Source: Carpediemonas membranifera BICM
Lineage: Eukaryota; Protista; Fornicata
NCBI GenBank assembly: GCA_019828565.1
Contig: JAHDYR010000015.1
Span: 1 to 63,122, forward strand
Direction: 5' to 3'
DNA: 63,122 nt
Positions within the stretch are counted from its first letter, which is position 1. Each line of letters starts with the position of its first letter. A model generated the notes under the pieces. It did no database searches and was not told where the DNA came from. It was given only the letters and a program-made list of their open reading frames with translations. Both the position numbers and the translations under genes were made by a program. Shown here in pieces: positions 34,883 to 47,938 of the stretch.

Positions 34883-35697
34883 GTGCCTCCATAGGCGCCA
34901 CTGCCTGTTGATGCAGGGAAATGGTGGAACTGACGGGGGAGGAGGTGCTGTGGACGGGGGAGGAGGAGGCGTCGGTGACAGGGGAGGAGATTGAGGAGTA
35001 GTGGGATTTGTGGTTGGATGAGGAGTTAGGACCTGTGGACCGGGGCGAGGATCCTTGATGGGTGGTTTCTTTTGGCTTAGTTTGAGTTCTTCGTGCCGGC
35101 GCGCTTCGGCTTCTTCCCGTGAAAACCCCGGTTGCCGCCGTCATGTCCGGTGCCGGGCTTGGTGTTCTTCTCGGTCAGGCGGGGGATCTTGGACAGGGTG
35201 CGGAGGACGAGAGTCTCGATCTCCGTCTCGTTCATCTCGTGGCGCTCGGCAAGGGCGGCCATGCCCGCGGTGGAGACAGCAGAGGCGGCTAGGTAGCCGT
35301 AGCGGTCCTTCACCCATAGGACTCGGTGACGGAGGAAGATGCGAGCGAGTACGGCGAAGCCACTGATTCGATTGAACTTGAAGCTGCGGTAGATCTCCTC
35401 GAGGAACTCCGCCTCTTCGCGCATAGTGGATGAAGCAGGACGCTTCCAAGTCATGGTGGTCTCTTGCCGAAGCAGATCTACTGTCTCTCGGACGTTGCCG
35501 CCGGCAGTAAATGCGTCTTGAAGCTGTTGAACGGTGGCTTTGAGCTCTGCGATCTCTTGGGCGGCGTCTCCCATCTGTTTCAGTTCGCTCTTGAACAACT
35601 GAACCGCCCTTATGAGACGCACGATCCCGTCTTTGAGATCGTATCGAATCATTCTCGACCTCTCGCGCCGAAGTTTTGGCTCCGCTGGCCTTGCCAA

Positions 35698-35933
35698 CGA
35701 CCATTTGGTCGACGATAATCGACTATTCCAAATTGATTAGATCAAATTTGTATTCCGTTTGGCGGCCTTGGCCCGTCATCCGTGTCGCCTTCGGCCATCC
35801 TCACGGTTTCTGCTGGAGGGATACGATCTGCTCGCGATCGGGACGGATCAAGACCGTATCCACAATCATATCTTTCGAGATTTTCTAAATATTTTGGCCA
35901 TCTTTCTCGTGTCCCCGGAATCCTGTTCTGACA
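35698..35933 (-). repeat. orphaned 3' terminus (partial A2 + B2) of element B type
   Basis: 35778-35933 matches 47713-47868; 35698-35750 resembles the B2 plus spacer of element D (...AATTGATTAGATCAAATTT). Confidence 0.85.
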
Positions 35934-36653
35934 TCCACCAAGACGTCCACGAACTCACAGTTGACATCGTCAGGGCTGTGGTTAATCAGGTGGACACCCG
36001 CTGCGGCCGACATGGCATCGACGGCGACCTGACTGTCAGCGAATGACATGCTGTGTAATGGTAATGGAATATGCGAAACAAACACCATCTGGCCGTTGTT
36101 GCTGGCCGTCTCAGCATCGGGAATCAGCTTCCCGAAGTATATGCCGAGACATGTGCCAGCTGAGATATCCTCAGTGGCAATCATGCCTCGGCCGACGCTC
36201 TGCGTCCGATTGAGGGCCGGATGGTCGGGCTCCTGGGTCAGACGGGGGTCGCAACGGGTCTCGGATGAGATCCAGGCCGGAGCAGGAATGGCCTGAAGGC
36301 TTATCTCATCCGAAATCAGCCGCTTGACGTCCTGCAGGTCTGAACCCGGGTAGAACATGCGTCCACCTAGGGTGGACGTGCATGACGGACCCCTCGACGG
36401 AGTCCTCCTCGGCTTCAGACGAGCTGGATGAATGGGAAGGCGACTCGGGAGGCGGAGGAGGAGGAGAATCTTGCTCCTTACCATCCTCGGGCGACTCGGG
36501 AGGCGGAGGAGGAGGTGATGCTGCCGTTACAGTCGTTTCCGCAGGACGTTGATCCTGCGGAGAAGCAGATGACTCAAAAGTCTTGTTGGGTGGATTTTGA
36601 GTCCTTCTCTTACCTACCGGTTGCTGCTTCCTTGCGGACATCTTTCTTCTCGC
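35934..36653 (-). pseudogene. SET-domain protein, C-terminally truncated and frameshifted
   Basis: VGRGMIATEDISAGTCLGIYFG ... LINHS..VNC; the reading is cut at the retroelement repeat at 35933. Confidence 0.75.
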
Positions 36654-36780
36654 CATATCTTCGTTCTCTTTTTTTTTCTCGCAACTCCCGATCCGAAGAA
36701 CAGGCGCATCGCTGATCAGATCCGAACAATACTGCAGTAGCATGCATAAATAGTGTAGCAATGAAGGTATACCTCTTTAC

Positions 36781-37857
36781 TTGGATCAAAAGCTTGTCCT
36801 TTGCTTCAAATCAAAATGTGCCATTCATGAAAAAAAAAATGGCACATTGCAAATGGACGAGAAATACGGAGAATTCGGCACGCGACGCATCAGTAAGGAC
36901 CAAGAAGTCTTTGAATGTGTCTGTGGTAAGGTTCAGCTCAGGCGTGGACATCGCGGGATCGGTTTCAAGTCTTCTTCCTCTCACGAGTGTCCTTTTACAA
37001 CAGAGAAGTTGATTAACCGACGGGTGCTAATCACCATCGAGCCGCTGCATGGTTTCGAGACCCCGACTCAGCCCTACCCCGTCTTCCGCGTGGAAAGTCT
37101 TGCCAACTCATCTGGCTATCATTTCAAGCTCAAGACGGCTCTAGAGCTCGTTGATGATGAGTGGCTGACTGCCGTTGCCCGCACCTTTAAGTCTACGTCC
37201 CATCTGGCCGAGGTACTTGAGGAGTTGGCGTCGCAGTACTCTAACTTCGACACTTACTGGGTGATATCGGGTCATTCTGATACAGAAACGTCGCGTATGA
37301 TCATTGATACGTCTACGAACGAGTTTCTGTATCACCATGATCTGGTCCAGCTCATCCTCAGGTCATTCGAGAGCCCTTCCTTGGTGAGATCGACGCGTGT
37401 GCGTCTGATTTACTTTGCCACCTGCTCCGGACTCGACAGATCTGAGGAGTCTCAGCTGTGCAGTGCTATTTCGACAGCCAATTACAAGAACACATGCATT
37501 ATCCTCACTCCTGAGAAGGTTCTGGCACATGAGCTTGTTCTCCAGGACGCCTATTGGCTCTACCGCGTGACATGCCTCGACAATCCTCTTTTCTTTCTGA
37601 CGAAGTACTTCTCTGGCTATCGTTTCGCGCCTGGCTCAGCAGGAAGACGGATTATAGCCAATGGTTCCTTGTCATTTCCCAACGAGGCCAGGGTCATCAT
37701 GTCTGAGACTAGCTATGCCCGGCCCATTCCTCTTCCTGAAATGCAAGACATCGTTTCTGATGTCAACGAGTATGACCCGTTAAGAACCGACCAGAGAAGA
37801 CTTATGAATGATCGATACATAAGCATGATGACCCGTGCGCTTGAGAGAGACGTGTAG
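36781..37857 (+). CDS. hypothetical protein, possibly a caspase/CHAT-fold (clan CD) peptidase
   Basis: WVISGHS ... LIYFATCS gives a His/Cys dyad pattern; Cys/His-rich N-terminus. Confidence 0.45.
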   Translation: MDQKLVLCFKSKCAIHEKKNGTLQMDEKYGEFGTRRISKDQEVFECVCGKVQLRRGHRGIGFKSSSSHECPFTTEKLINRRVLITIEPLHGFETPTQPYPVFRVESLANSSGYHFKLKTALELVDDEWLTAVARTFKSTSHLAEVLEELASQYSNFDTYWVISGHSDTETSRMIIDTSTNEFLYHHDLVQLILRSFESPSLVRSTRVRLIYFATCSGLDRSEESQLCSAISTANYKNTCIILTPEKVLAHELVLQDAYWLYRVTCLDNPLFFLTKYFSGYRFAPGSAGRRIIANGSLSFPNEARVIMSETSYARPIPLPEMQDIVSDVNEYDPLRTDQRRLMNDRYISMMTRALERDV

Positions 37858-37900
37858 TAAACAGATATATATACAATTTATGATCATCTCTCACTAAACA

Positions 37901-39118
37901 CTAAACAATCGGTCTCATGCCCTCTACTCGCTTATAGACAACCTTACATTTGCTGCAGAGGGGAACGATGTACAACTTGCCATCAATGGTGTACTGCACT
38001 TCCTCAGAGCAATGCTCACAGTACCACCAGTGACAGCCTCGGCAGCAAAGAAGAGTAGAAGCCTGTTCTTCTGCTTTCTTCGTGTTCTTGGATCTTAGGC
38101 CCTTTTTGCACGCCTGGCACTTGTTGCTAGAGCCGGTAATATAGCACGCGGGACAGTAGTCCTTCTTGCCCTTCGTCCTGACACATTGCTCGTGCAGGAA
38201 ACCTTTGCAAGCACAGCATCTCCTGAACGTAGTGCCGTCTGGATTGAAGAACCACTCGGGGGTACCACACACAAGACATCCAAATAGCATTTTGCGCTGA
38301 TGAAGGCTAAGGAAAGTCGTCTTACATGTCTCGGGTTCGGTAGGCGGGTCTCTCACACGGGTCTCTGAGACAACGTCGTTGATCAGGACCTTAATACGGT
38401 CAACAACAGCATCGGACACGTTGTTAGACACCTGCTGCAGATCGTCGTCACCAAGCCTGGGTCGCTTGGCTTCCTCGTCGTCAAAGACGATCTTCTTCCG
38501 AACCGGCACCGATCGATCTGTCGTTGACTGAGGTGTGTCTGCTTCATCACCAAGTGAAGACAGTTGCGTAGTCGACCGTATCGGTGGGATCTCTGCATTG
38601 ATCATCGTAGTCGGGGTCGATTTGACCGTTGCCTTTTGCTTGACAGGCTTATATCTCACCCGGTTGATCACAGGCAAGTTCTCAAGGCTGATTGAGTCGG
38701 AAACATCGTTCAGTCCAGCATCTGAGAGAACTTCTGAGAGCATCTGGCGGAACTCGGCATGGCAGGGCTGACTACGGACAGCAATGTGCTGCATGACAGA
38801 GCCATTGTACTCCGCAGAGGGTCTAACTGCTGTTATAAACGTAGTAACGCCGACAACAGTCGTCCGCCTGACCTGTTCCCGGAGTTCAATTGACTTGAAC
38901 CCAGGGCATTCGGCGGCGACCCTGCGCTGGACCTCCAGAAGTACCTTATGGATGTCGCGTGCACTCAAGCCGAGGTCAGTTGCCTCGTCGTCCTCAAATA
39001 CTGAAGAAACAACGGCTGTAACAAATTAACGACGGAGATTTGCGAGCTTACTGTTGCCATACTGTCTGATGGGGGGCGTAGCAGCAATAGGTTCTGGTAC
39101 AGACACTTCTGAATTCAT
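37901..39118 (-). CDS. PHD-finger protein (two exons; intron 39016-39051)
   Basis: C4HC3 finger CLVC...CCAC...H..C...CPAC plus a second Cys-rich finger. Splicing GTAAGC...TTACAG (36 nt) joins the ATG at 39118 in frame. Confidence 0.75.
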
Positions 39119-39798
39119 GAGAATTTCTATCCAAGCTGTTTACGTTGTTACATTTGTCTATTTACGTAGACTCCTGGCATTGACAATACCTAAAACTGCG
39201 ACATTTGTCGATCATGATTCGAGCAACTAGCCACCAAAAAGGTAGAAACGGTAACGTCAGGGCTCGTGGAAGTTGCCAAAGTACAAGATTCTTACAAAAT
39301 AATCCGAAAAACTGCTCAGGGCTTGCGAAAGGAAGAAGAAATCAACAAAAGGGTGAATGACACAGAGTTTCTGCTGCAAGAGATACGCGATTTGTTTATA
39401 GATGCCATACAGACGATGAGGGACAAGTAAAAATGACATTCACTAGCTTTGCTTCTCATTTCACATATTCTTGTGAAATATGTGAAATGTGAAACAGATT
39501 CTAGTGAATCTCATTTTTTCTTGCACTTTTTGGAGTATCTCCAGGGTATCTCCCGGGAGACTCTAGCCATTCTTACAGTATGAACCGTCGTCGGCGATTC
39601 GCGTCCGTCTCGCCGTGCTAGAGGCAAGCGCCGTATCGGCGTCCGTGATCGAGTTCTCCCGCCGGCAGTCACGGGCGCGGACGTGGTGTTCGAGCCTCCC
39701 CGCATTGATCGCGCCACACGCTGCGGGGTGAGCTCGATCACGTCATCTCGACGGTCACGGCGACGTTATCGACATTCTCATCGCATCTAGAGCTGTCA

Positions 39799-40583
39799 GT
39801 GCAGCCGTTCCTCGATGTGTTGATGAGCGGTGCGCTTAACCAGGCATCGCTGACCTCCGTTCAGCGCCTCGACGGTGGCGTCATCGCTCTGTCTGGGGCA
39901 GTCGATGACTACTATCTGCTTGTCGGCTTCCGCAAGTACTTCGATCTTGGCTCCGGTGTCAGCGACCGGGAGATCATGAACCAGGTATTCAACGGTCGCC
40001 GTGCCGGCGATATCCGCCGGGAGGTCCTGGATGAGGCGGCACGCCTTCTTGCCGTTGGGGTCGACACGGCACGTAGCCACGTCCGCCGGCTCTATCTTCT
40101 TACGCATCATGTTCCGTATTATGCAGTGCTACAGCACGCGATCTGGAGCCGGGTGCTGCAGGGCCGGCAGTGCCTGTATCGATTTGCCAATGACTGCTAC
40201 GCCCTTGCCTGCGCCGAGGAGCTGCCGACCCTCAGCCTCCCCCCCGGTAGGTACCCCGGTTTCTTCGTCTTACACAGGATATGACCCGCTTTCAGGTCTA
40301 CGAGCGCGACCGGTATTATCGCGTGCTGGCTGTGCGTGGTCACTGGTGGCTGTTCGTTGAGCAGGCCTACCGTGGTCGCGCTGGCTCCTTCTTGCTCCTT
40401 GTCGCCTACGACGGGTTCCCTGAAGCAAGTCTGACGCCGGTTAACGCAGACCTTGTCCGCGTGGCTGTGGTCAATCAGTACCTCAGGGCTCATTCCGAGC
40501 TCTGGGACGTTCTGCCTGAGTCCCTGCAGGTAGAGTTGGAAGAAGTGGTGACCAGTGACGAGGAGTCTGCCGGTGACGAGTAA
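39799..40583 (+). CDS. two tandem hypothetical ORFs antisense to the gypsy pol
   Basis: ORFs 39799..40284 and 40281..40583 overlap by ATGA; no recognised motif. Confidence 0.4.
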
Positions 40584-40645
40584 ATGTTCTGATGATCTTG
40601 GTTAGCGCCTTGATAGTCCGTTATTTACACGGCTATGTACAAGGG

Positions 40646-43600
40646 CTATCCGTCTGTATTGTTCGCCAGGAAGATGTCGAGAGCTGCGCAGTCCTTAACG
40701 TTCTTATATGGTTCCCACGTGGATTCTTCGTCCTCAAATCCGGCCCAGTGCACGAGGTACTTCTTCTGCGACATGGTACCTGACCCGCGTGCTGCTGAAA
40801 TGCGGTCGACCAACCACTCGTCCCTGCTAGTTGCAGCGAGTTGCTGGATCTGGTCGTCAGTTAGTGTACCGGGGTTGAACCTTCGCACTCGTGCGGCATC
40901 GACCTTGATGGTCTTACCATTCGTGGGTGACTCTGCCATGTCTTGGACTTCATATGCCACGGTGACGCCTGATTGCTTGATGCTCTTAACGCGCCTCATC
41001 GGGCCTCTCCACCCTGGTGATAGTTTGTCAGGTGGGCGAGAGGGGTACTTGACCAAGACGTAACGACTCAGGATCTCCGTACGCGACGAGACGGCCTTCG
41101 ACCACGCGTCCTCCTTCATCGCTTGGATGCGAGCCTTCGCCAGCTGAATTGCCGCGTCGGCGGCTGCCCGGTGTGATTGCTTGGCGCTCGCTGACGCTTG
41201 CTTGGTAACGTATATTGAGCTAGGCACGGTGAGGTTATATCCCAGGACGATCTCAGCCGGTGATAGGCGGGTTGGGACTCGCGGCGTGGCGTTGATGATA
41301 AAGCTCGCGACAGGCAGGTGATGTATCCAGTTAGAGTCTCTTATGTGGAACTTGCGTGCCTTCAAGATGCGTAACACCTCCTTGTTGGCTCGCTCCACCA
41401 TCCCGTTTGACTGTGGATGGTGGGCCGTAGTGATGTGCGTATCAAAGCCCAACTCCTTGGACAACCGTTGGAATAGCTTGTTGTTAAACTCTGGCCCTCC
41501 ATCGGACTGTAACACCTCTGGGCACCCGAAGCGCAGTACCCAGTTGTTGACGAATGCGTCAGCTGCTGCTTCGGCTGTGGTCCCGGAGACGGCAACCAGC
41601 TCGGTCCACCGTGAGCACATGTCGACCATGACCGTAATGTGCGTCATACCGTCCCGCGTTGGGAATGGCCCCATAGTGTCGATCGCTACGCGTTTGAACG
41701 GGGTCTCTACAGCCGTATGTAATCCGGCCACAGTCTGCTCGGGTGGTCGTTCTAGCACTTGGCACGTGGGGCAATGAGAGATGAACTCGTCCACAGCTGA
41801 GCGGGATACGCTCAACCCGTCGGCTCTCAGTCTGTCGATTGTCTGTCTTCTCGAGAAATGAGCGCCTGCCATCTCGTGTGCCTTCTTAATCTGATCAGTG
41901 GTCGCCTGGGGAGCGTACGGTGAAAACTCTCGATAGTCCGTCGGCTCCGGCGTTGTCTAAACCTGCAACGTGCTCAATACCGAAGTCTAAGTCGGACAGG
42001 GTGTCAGCCCATCGCTTGACCTTGGCGTTAACGCTCCGGAACATGAACAGGAGGTTCCTGTGGTCGGTCAGGATTGTGAAATGGCCCCAACTGAGGAACT
42101 TGCGCCAGCGTTGCACGGCAGCTATAATGGCGTACGCCTCCTTCTCACTGGTAGACCATCTCGACTGCACCTCATTAAAGGCCTTACTCATATAGCATAC
42201 TGGCCTGCCCTCTTGGAGGAGTACTGCACCGTAGCCGAGCCCTGAGGCATCAGTCATAATAGTGTGCTCCTTAGTCGCGTCGAAGATGGCGAGTGCGTCC
42301 GCCGATGTGAGAGCATCCTTGATCTTCTTCAGCGCTGCGTCCTGTTCAGGCTGGCCGATAGGCCTGCGCCCGGCCATTGCCTCAGTCAAGGGGAGGGCGA
42401 TCTCGGCGAAACGGTCCACGTGATCTCTGAAATAGTTCAGAAAGCCTACTAAGCCCTGCATCCCACGGACGCTCTTGGGCAACTGGAGCTCTGCAATGTC
42501 GGCTACCCGGTCGGGGGCGATGTGTTTCTTCCCCTCGGAGATTACCCAACCTAGGAACTCGACCTCGGCACGGCCAAACTGGCACTTCTCCCTATTGAGC
42601 TGTAACTTTGTCTCGCGTGCGCGAAGGAGGACCTTGCGGAGATTCTGGAGATATTCCTCTTCGCTTGCCCCGAAGATGATGATGTCGTCAATGTATATAT
42701 AACAGGCTGTGCCGACCAGCCCCCGGAAGGCGGACTCCATAGCCCGCTGGAAATGGGCTCCAGCATTGCGTAGCCCAAAGGGCATCCGGCAGTACTCGTA
42801 CTGCCCCAGAGCCGTAGTAAATGCGGTGTACTGGCGGCAGCGCTCGGTCAGCTCGACTTGGTGGTAACCGGCGGAGAGGTCGAGGGTTGCGAAGACCTTC
42901 TTCCCCGCTAGCTGGGGAGATAACCTCGTCAATACGAGGTATGGGGTAGTTGAAAGGTTCGGTGATGTCGTTAATTTGTCTGAAGTCAACTACGAATCGG
43001 GACTTACCCCCTTTCTTGGGTACTGTCATCGCGGGCGAAGCGTAAGGCGATTGACAGGCACGGATAAATCTCTTCGCCAGGAGAGCGTCAATGTGCTCCT
43101 TGACGACGGCTACCTTCGCCGGGGGGATGTAGTATGGTCGCGCGTTCACGACCCTGTCACTCTTCAGGATCAAGTCGTACGGTTCGAGCTTGCTTGGCTC
43201 GTTGCGATCTTCGAACACTGCGCTGAACTCCTTGAGAATCTTGGCCTGTGTATCGCTCGTAGTGGGGTTCAACTGGTAGACGGCAGCGTCGAACTTGGCG
43301 GGCGACGGAATGTCCAGCTCGTCGCTACCCTCCTTGTTCCACTCAGCCTGAGGGAGTATACCCAACTCAACCATATGGGGGTACCCTAGGATCAGGTCGA
43401 AGTCGGTGTCGAGTAGAAGTAGCTCGGCGTTAAATGTACAAGTGCGCGGGGTGAACGATGATGGTTGCAGCTTAATCGTAGCGTTGACTCGACCCTGTGA
43501 CTGTTTCTCGCCGCCTGCTGTTGCGACACGCTCCTGCGTGGTGGATATGACCTCGAGCTTGGCTGCGTGGCGAGGGTGGATGCTTGACACGTTAGCTCCC

Positions 43601-44579
43601 GAGTCTAATAACGCTGTCAGCTTCTGCTTGCCTACTGAAACCGGAACGAGTGGTAGGTTGATCTTGGACTTGGACTGATCTGCACTGATAGAGAGAGAAT
43701 ATTGCGGAGATTTATCCCGACAATATCTCTCCAGGTGACCAGTCTTCTTGCAGATCGAGCACGTGTGCTTCGGCTTGGGGCACTTGTGCCATGCGTGCTT
43801 GCCGCCGCAGTTCCAGCAGGTGTAGTCGCGCTTCTTGTCAGTGCTACTGGGATGGGGCTTACGCTCTGACTTATCCCGGTTCAGCGTCTTGTTGCTTCCC
43901 TCCTCAGACGGCAGCGGCTGGCGATAAGGATGGCCGTTGCGGCCTGCTCTCTTCTGTTACCGCTAGGATGGCCGCCTGTCGGGTGAATGCTCTTGGGGTG
44001 CTTCTGTCCGTCTCCTAGGTACGCTTCTCTCAGCTCTTCGCCGTCCCGCAGCTCGGTGCTAATGGCGAGTACCTGAGGCATGGCATCACTCAGAGTGGAA
44101 TCTTCGATCAACTCTTGAATGCGGTACATAGTTCTGCCTGTTCCCTGCTTGAAGCAGCGGGCGTACGTCTTACACAGTGTCTCCTGTGATGACTCGGGTT
44201 GCAGAATAGCCAGCAATGTCTGAAAGCGCTTGTTGATGCGTACCACCTCGCTAGGCGTGAAGGATGTGGCGTTCAAGCGGAAGTATTCAAGCCTTGCTAC
44301 CTCGTGGCGTGGTCTAAAGGCCTTGCCGAGACGCTTGACACAAGCGATGTCTTGTTCGCGCCGGCGTGTAGTCTTGGTCTTGATGAGCGCCACGGGAGGA
44401 TCGTTGTCGTCCGTGCCGAGTACTCCGTCAACGTAGTCACGGACGCAGCTGTCTATTAGGCGGTCTGAGCGCTGTTTTCCGCCGAGTGCTCGATAATCTT
44501 GGAGCGCTTCCACGAACGTGACTAATTCAGCCACGGACGTGCCCTTTAGTATCGGCGCTTTGGCCTTCCCGTATACCAT
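40646..44579 (-). mobile_element. Ty3/gypsy chromovirus coding region (gag-PR-RT-RH-IN-chromo), frameshifted; no LTRs seen
   Basis: gag 43881..44579; two Zn knuckles CWNCGGKH...C and CSICKKTGHLERYC (~43700-43830); PR LLDSGA; RT YIDD; RH TDAS; IN HHCC, D,D-35-E, GP motif and chromodomain YLVHWAGF...STWEP. Confidence 0.95.
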
Positions 44580-44749
44580 GTTGGTGGGATTAGTACTAAT
44601 GTAGCCTTATGGCTAGGGAAAGATTGTTTAATATAAGAAAACCCATGATGTGGTGAATATGGTCAATACTATATAAATCTATGAAATGGTAATCCTATGT
44701 AACATTGGGTAAGACCCACTGCAGAGCTCTCCAGACCATGGTTGATCGA

Positions 44750-47700
44750 CTCTAGGCCAGTCCTGATATTTGCTTCCTTGACGAGGAATGTGTCCTTGGC
44801 AATGAAAGGGATCTCTTGTATCATGTAGTGTAGGAGGTAGTCGTCATCAGGCGCCATCTGTGCGATCTCTTCGACTTCTGCTCTCCAGTCTGCGTCCCTA
44901 ATGCGTTGTGCCATCTCGCCCAGGAAAACGGCTGTTTCTGCCCTTGCTCCTACCGTGTCTCTGTTCTCTCCAGCTTCCTCCTCTTCCTCCATCATACGTT
45001 CTGCAAAACTGATGTACTTTGCCGTCTCCACGGCTATGCGCTCTCGGGTGCTCCGTTCCCGGTCCCTGATGAGTGCTGCTCCGAGTATCTGATCTCTGAG
45101 GCCTGTCTCGAACTCTCTGGGGCTTCTTCGCCACCTGTGCTCCTCCTGTCTTCCGCTGGCGATACGTTCTCTCGCTCTCTGTTGCAGGACTCCCCCGGCT
45201 GTGAGGACGAGGTCTCTGTGGCGATCGGGATCCAGTAGGCTATGAACGTCGCTCTCTGCTTGCCTGTGAAGAGGCTCCCTATCTCCGTGTGGGCCCACCA
45301 GCTGGTCGGGAACGCTGCCTCGAACCAGTCCTGTGCTATGGCTGCCAGTCTGGCGTTGGAGTTCGTCCTGCGTTGTGGTGCGATGACTAATAGGCCTCTC
45401 TGCTGCAGTGCGGGGTGCGTCTCGTCTGACGTGGCGATCTCCTCCGCCCTGGCGATGACCTTGTCCAGTAGGCTGACTGGTGGGACCGCCAATGACCTCA
45501 TCTCTGACCAATTGCATGTAAATGCGTCCGTCTGGAAGTCGTGGTCCTCCGGCAGGAATCTCTCCGCGCAGAAGAGTGATCGGTCTACTGACCCCCATCG
45601 TTCCAGCGCGCTCTGGAGCATCGCCGCGGGTGAGTTCCAGTCCAGCTTCCGGTACCTGGACAGCCCGTCGGCAGTCGTGTTGTATCTCCTGGAATGTGCT
45701 TGGTTCTTATCCTGCAGCCAATCTCGAACAAGTAGTCGTGAAGCTTCACAATCGTCCTTCTGATGTGTCGGGGGGCTGGTGCTTGACTTCAGGACCCATG
45801 AAAGCGCTGATGTGTTGTCCCCGGCTAGGAGTAGGTCCCTCTCCTGAATGTCGCGCGTCCATCTCCGCAGGCCTTCCTCCATTGCCCATAGCTCCTTCGC
45901 GTTGATGCTCTTGGAGCATTGTGCCTCTGAGAACCTGCCCTGGATGTTGAGGGACGTGTCTTCGACAAACAGCGTCGCGCCGAACGCATAGTCCGACGCG
46001 TCGGTCTCCATACGAAGTACCTGGCCTCTTGGGCCGAAGTACCATGCCGGATCGGATGATAGCTGTCTGGCCCACCACCGCAGGTCCGTTCGTAGGTCCT
46101 GGGGCAGGCTGGACTTTGGGTACCGCACTCGGTCGTCGCAGCCAGCGATCCTGACCTGCAGCTCTCTGAGCCGGACAAGTGCCCGCGTCCCTAGTGCGAA
46201 CCGGCAGAAGAGTAGCTTTCCGTGAAGGGTCTGAAGGTCCCGCTTTGTGTGTCTCTTGAGTTGCAGGTTGGCTATGAGACTGCTGTACTGAGCCCTCTTC
46301 TCCTCTGGCAGCGACATCGTCATCTCGCGCAAGTCGACTATCACGCCCAAGTAAGTTACCCTCTGGGACGGGGTCAAGTGGCACTTCTCTCTCGATAGGA
46401 CGACTCCAAGTGAGTCCAAGATCTCTAAGATCCGTGGGACCTGGGCGCTCAACGACACTCTCGAGCGACTGATTATGAGCAGATCGTCCAGATACACGTA
46501 TATTATCAGTCCTTCGAGAAGTGAGCGCAAGATCTTCGCCATCTGTGACGTAACCGACTGAAACTGCCGTGGCGCCGTTGAGAGGCCGAAAGGGAGTCCT
46601 CTCCATCTGTATTGTTCTCCCTCGAACGAGAATCCGAGTTCCTGTCGTGAGTTCTCCTCCACTAGGAGCTGGTAGTACCCGGACTTCATGTCCAATGTTA
46701 TTCCCCACGAGTTTCTCGGAACGCCATGCTGTATCTCTGCTAGGCCCCTCAGCCTGAATGTTAGGTCCTCTTGGTATGCATTGACCGGTCTCAGGTCGTG
46801 TATCAGACGGTAGCTGCCTGCGATCTTCTTCTCTAATGCAAACAGGGGGCATATTGTCGTCGCCTCGCCCTTCTCTATTGCTTTCTGTTGCAGTAGCTCC
46901 TCTAGTAGAGCCTTCATCGTGTCTGTCTCCTTCTGGAGGTGCGCATTGAGCGCCGGTGCTGCCGGGGTGACCTTCACTCCCTCTCGTAACAGTTGCACCA
47001 CCTCCCTGCTGGCCCCGAGGGCCTCCCACCTCATCCACCGACGGCTCATCGAGCCCGTCAGCCCCTGTATACACTGGGTGGAGGTGTCTTGCTGATCTTC
47101 TTGTGCTTCTTCTCTTTCCATTGCAAACAAACTCTTCGAAGTATATCGAGCCTTTTATAGTCATCGGGTTCAGGCTTAACCCTTCTCTGGCCTCTACTGG
47201 GCCCGCCCCGGTCCGAGGTCGGTTGCCGGGGCACGACGGTTGTTGTTGTTGAAGCGGGGAGAGTTGCGGCTGAAGCCGCCGAAGCCTCTCTGGAACCGCT
47301 TGGGTCGAGGAGGCGGTGGGGTGGCCTTGGCCGCCTTGGCGGCCAGCACTACGAAGCGTTGCGCGTCTCGTTCTTCTCTCGAAATAGCCATGAAGTAGCG
47401 CGCAGCGGTGTCGGAGTGGCTGTCATATAGCCGTAGGAACTCGAGTCTGCGCTCGAAGACCGCCTCGATCGCGGCTTCGATCTGGTTGACGCGCGTCATC
47501 TCCGGGTTGTTGAGGATACCTCTGATGTCGGCAAGTGTCTCGCGGAGGTGGTCGTACTCCTTAGCAACGGCTCCTATCCGAGACGGGCGTCTCGGGTCCC
47601 GTGTACTGTCCTTAACCGATGAAACCTCCGAACGGAGTGCCGTAATGACGTTCTGCTGCTGTTGTATGAGCTCAGCAAGGCTCTCCATGGTGACAGGCGG

Positions 47701-47938
47701 CGGATCAGCGTTATCCGTGTCGCCTTCGGCCATCCTCACGGTTTCTGCTGGAGGGATACGATCTGCTCGCGATCGGGACGGATCAAGACCGTATCCACAA
47801 TCATATCTTTCGAGATTTTCTAAATATTTTGGCCATCTTTCTCGTGTCCCCGGAATCCTGTTCTGACACACCCTGACCCAGCAGTGTCAGGGCGTGAGCC
47901 ACGCCCGAGGCGTGATAGCTTACATATCGATGATATGC
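44750..47938 (-). mobile_element. YR retrotransposon B, YR truncated
   Basis: gag 47194..~47733; RT-RH-MT 45034..47121 (YLDD, TDAS, DAF..W...VPP). The YR N-terminal half ends near 44750. Confidence 0.9.

Larger units (their letters stand above)
32159..35697 (-). mobile_element. YR retrotransposon A (PAT/DIRS-like): gag, RT-RNaseH-MT-like, YR
   Basis: gag ~35077-35650; RT with LIHDLR, DLVKGYYQ, LPFG, YLDD; RNase H with TDAS, E, SD, N..AD.LSR; YR 32159..33025. The 3' terminus was not identified. Confidence 0.9.

Noticed and set aside
40584-44750. LTR pair for the gypsy element
   Set aside because: I found no repeated sequence on both sides of the coding region by eye.
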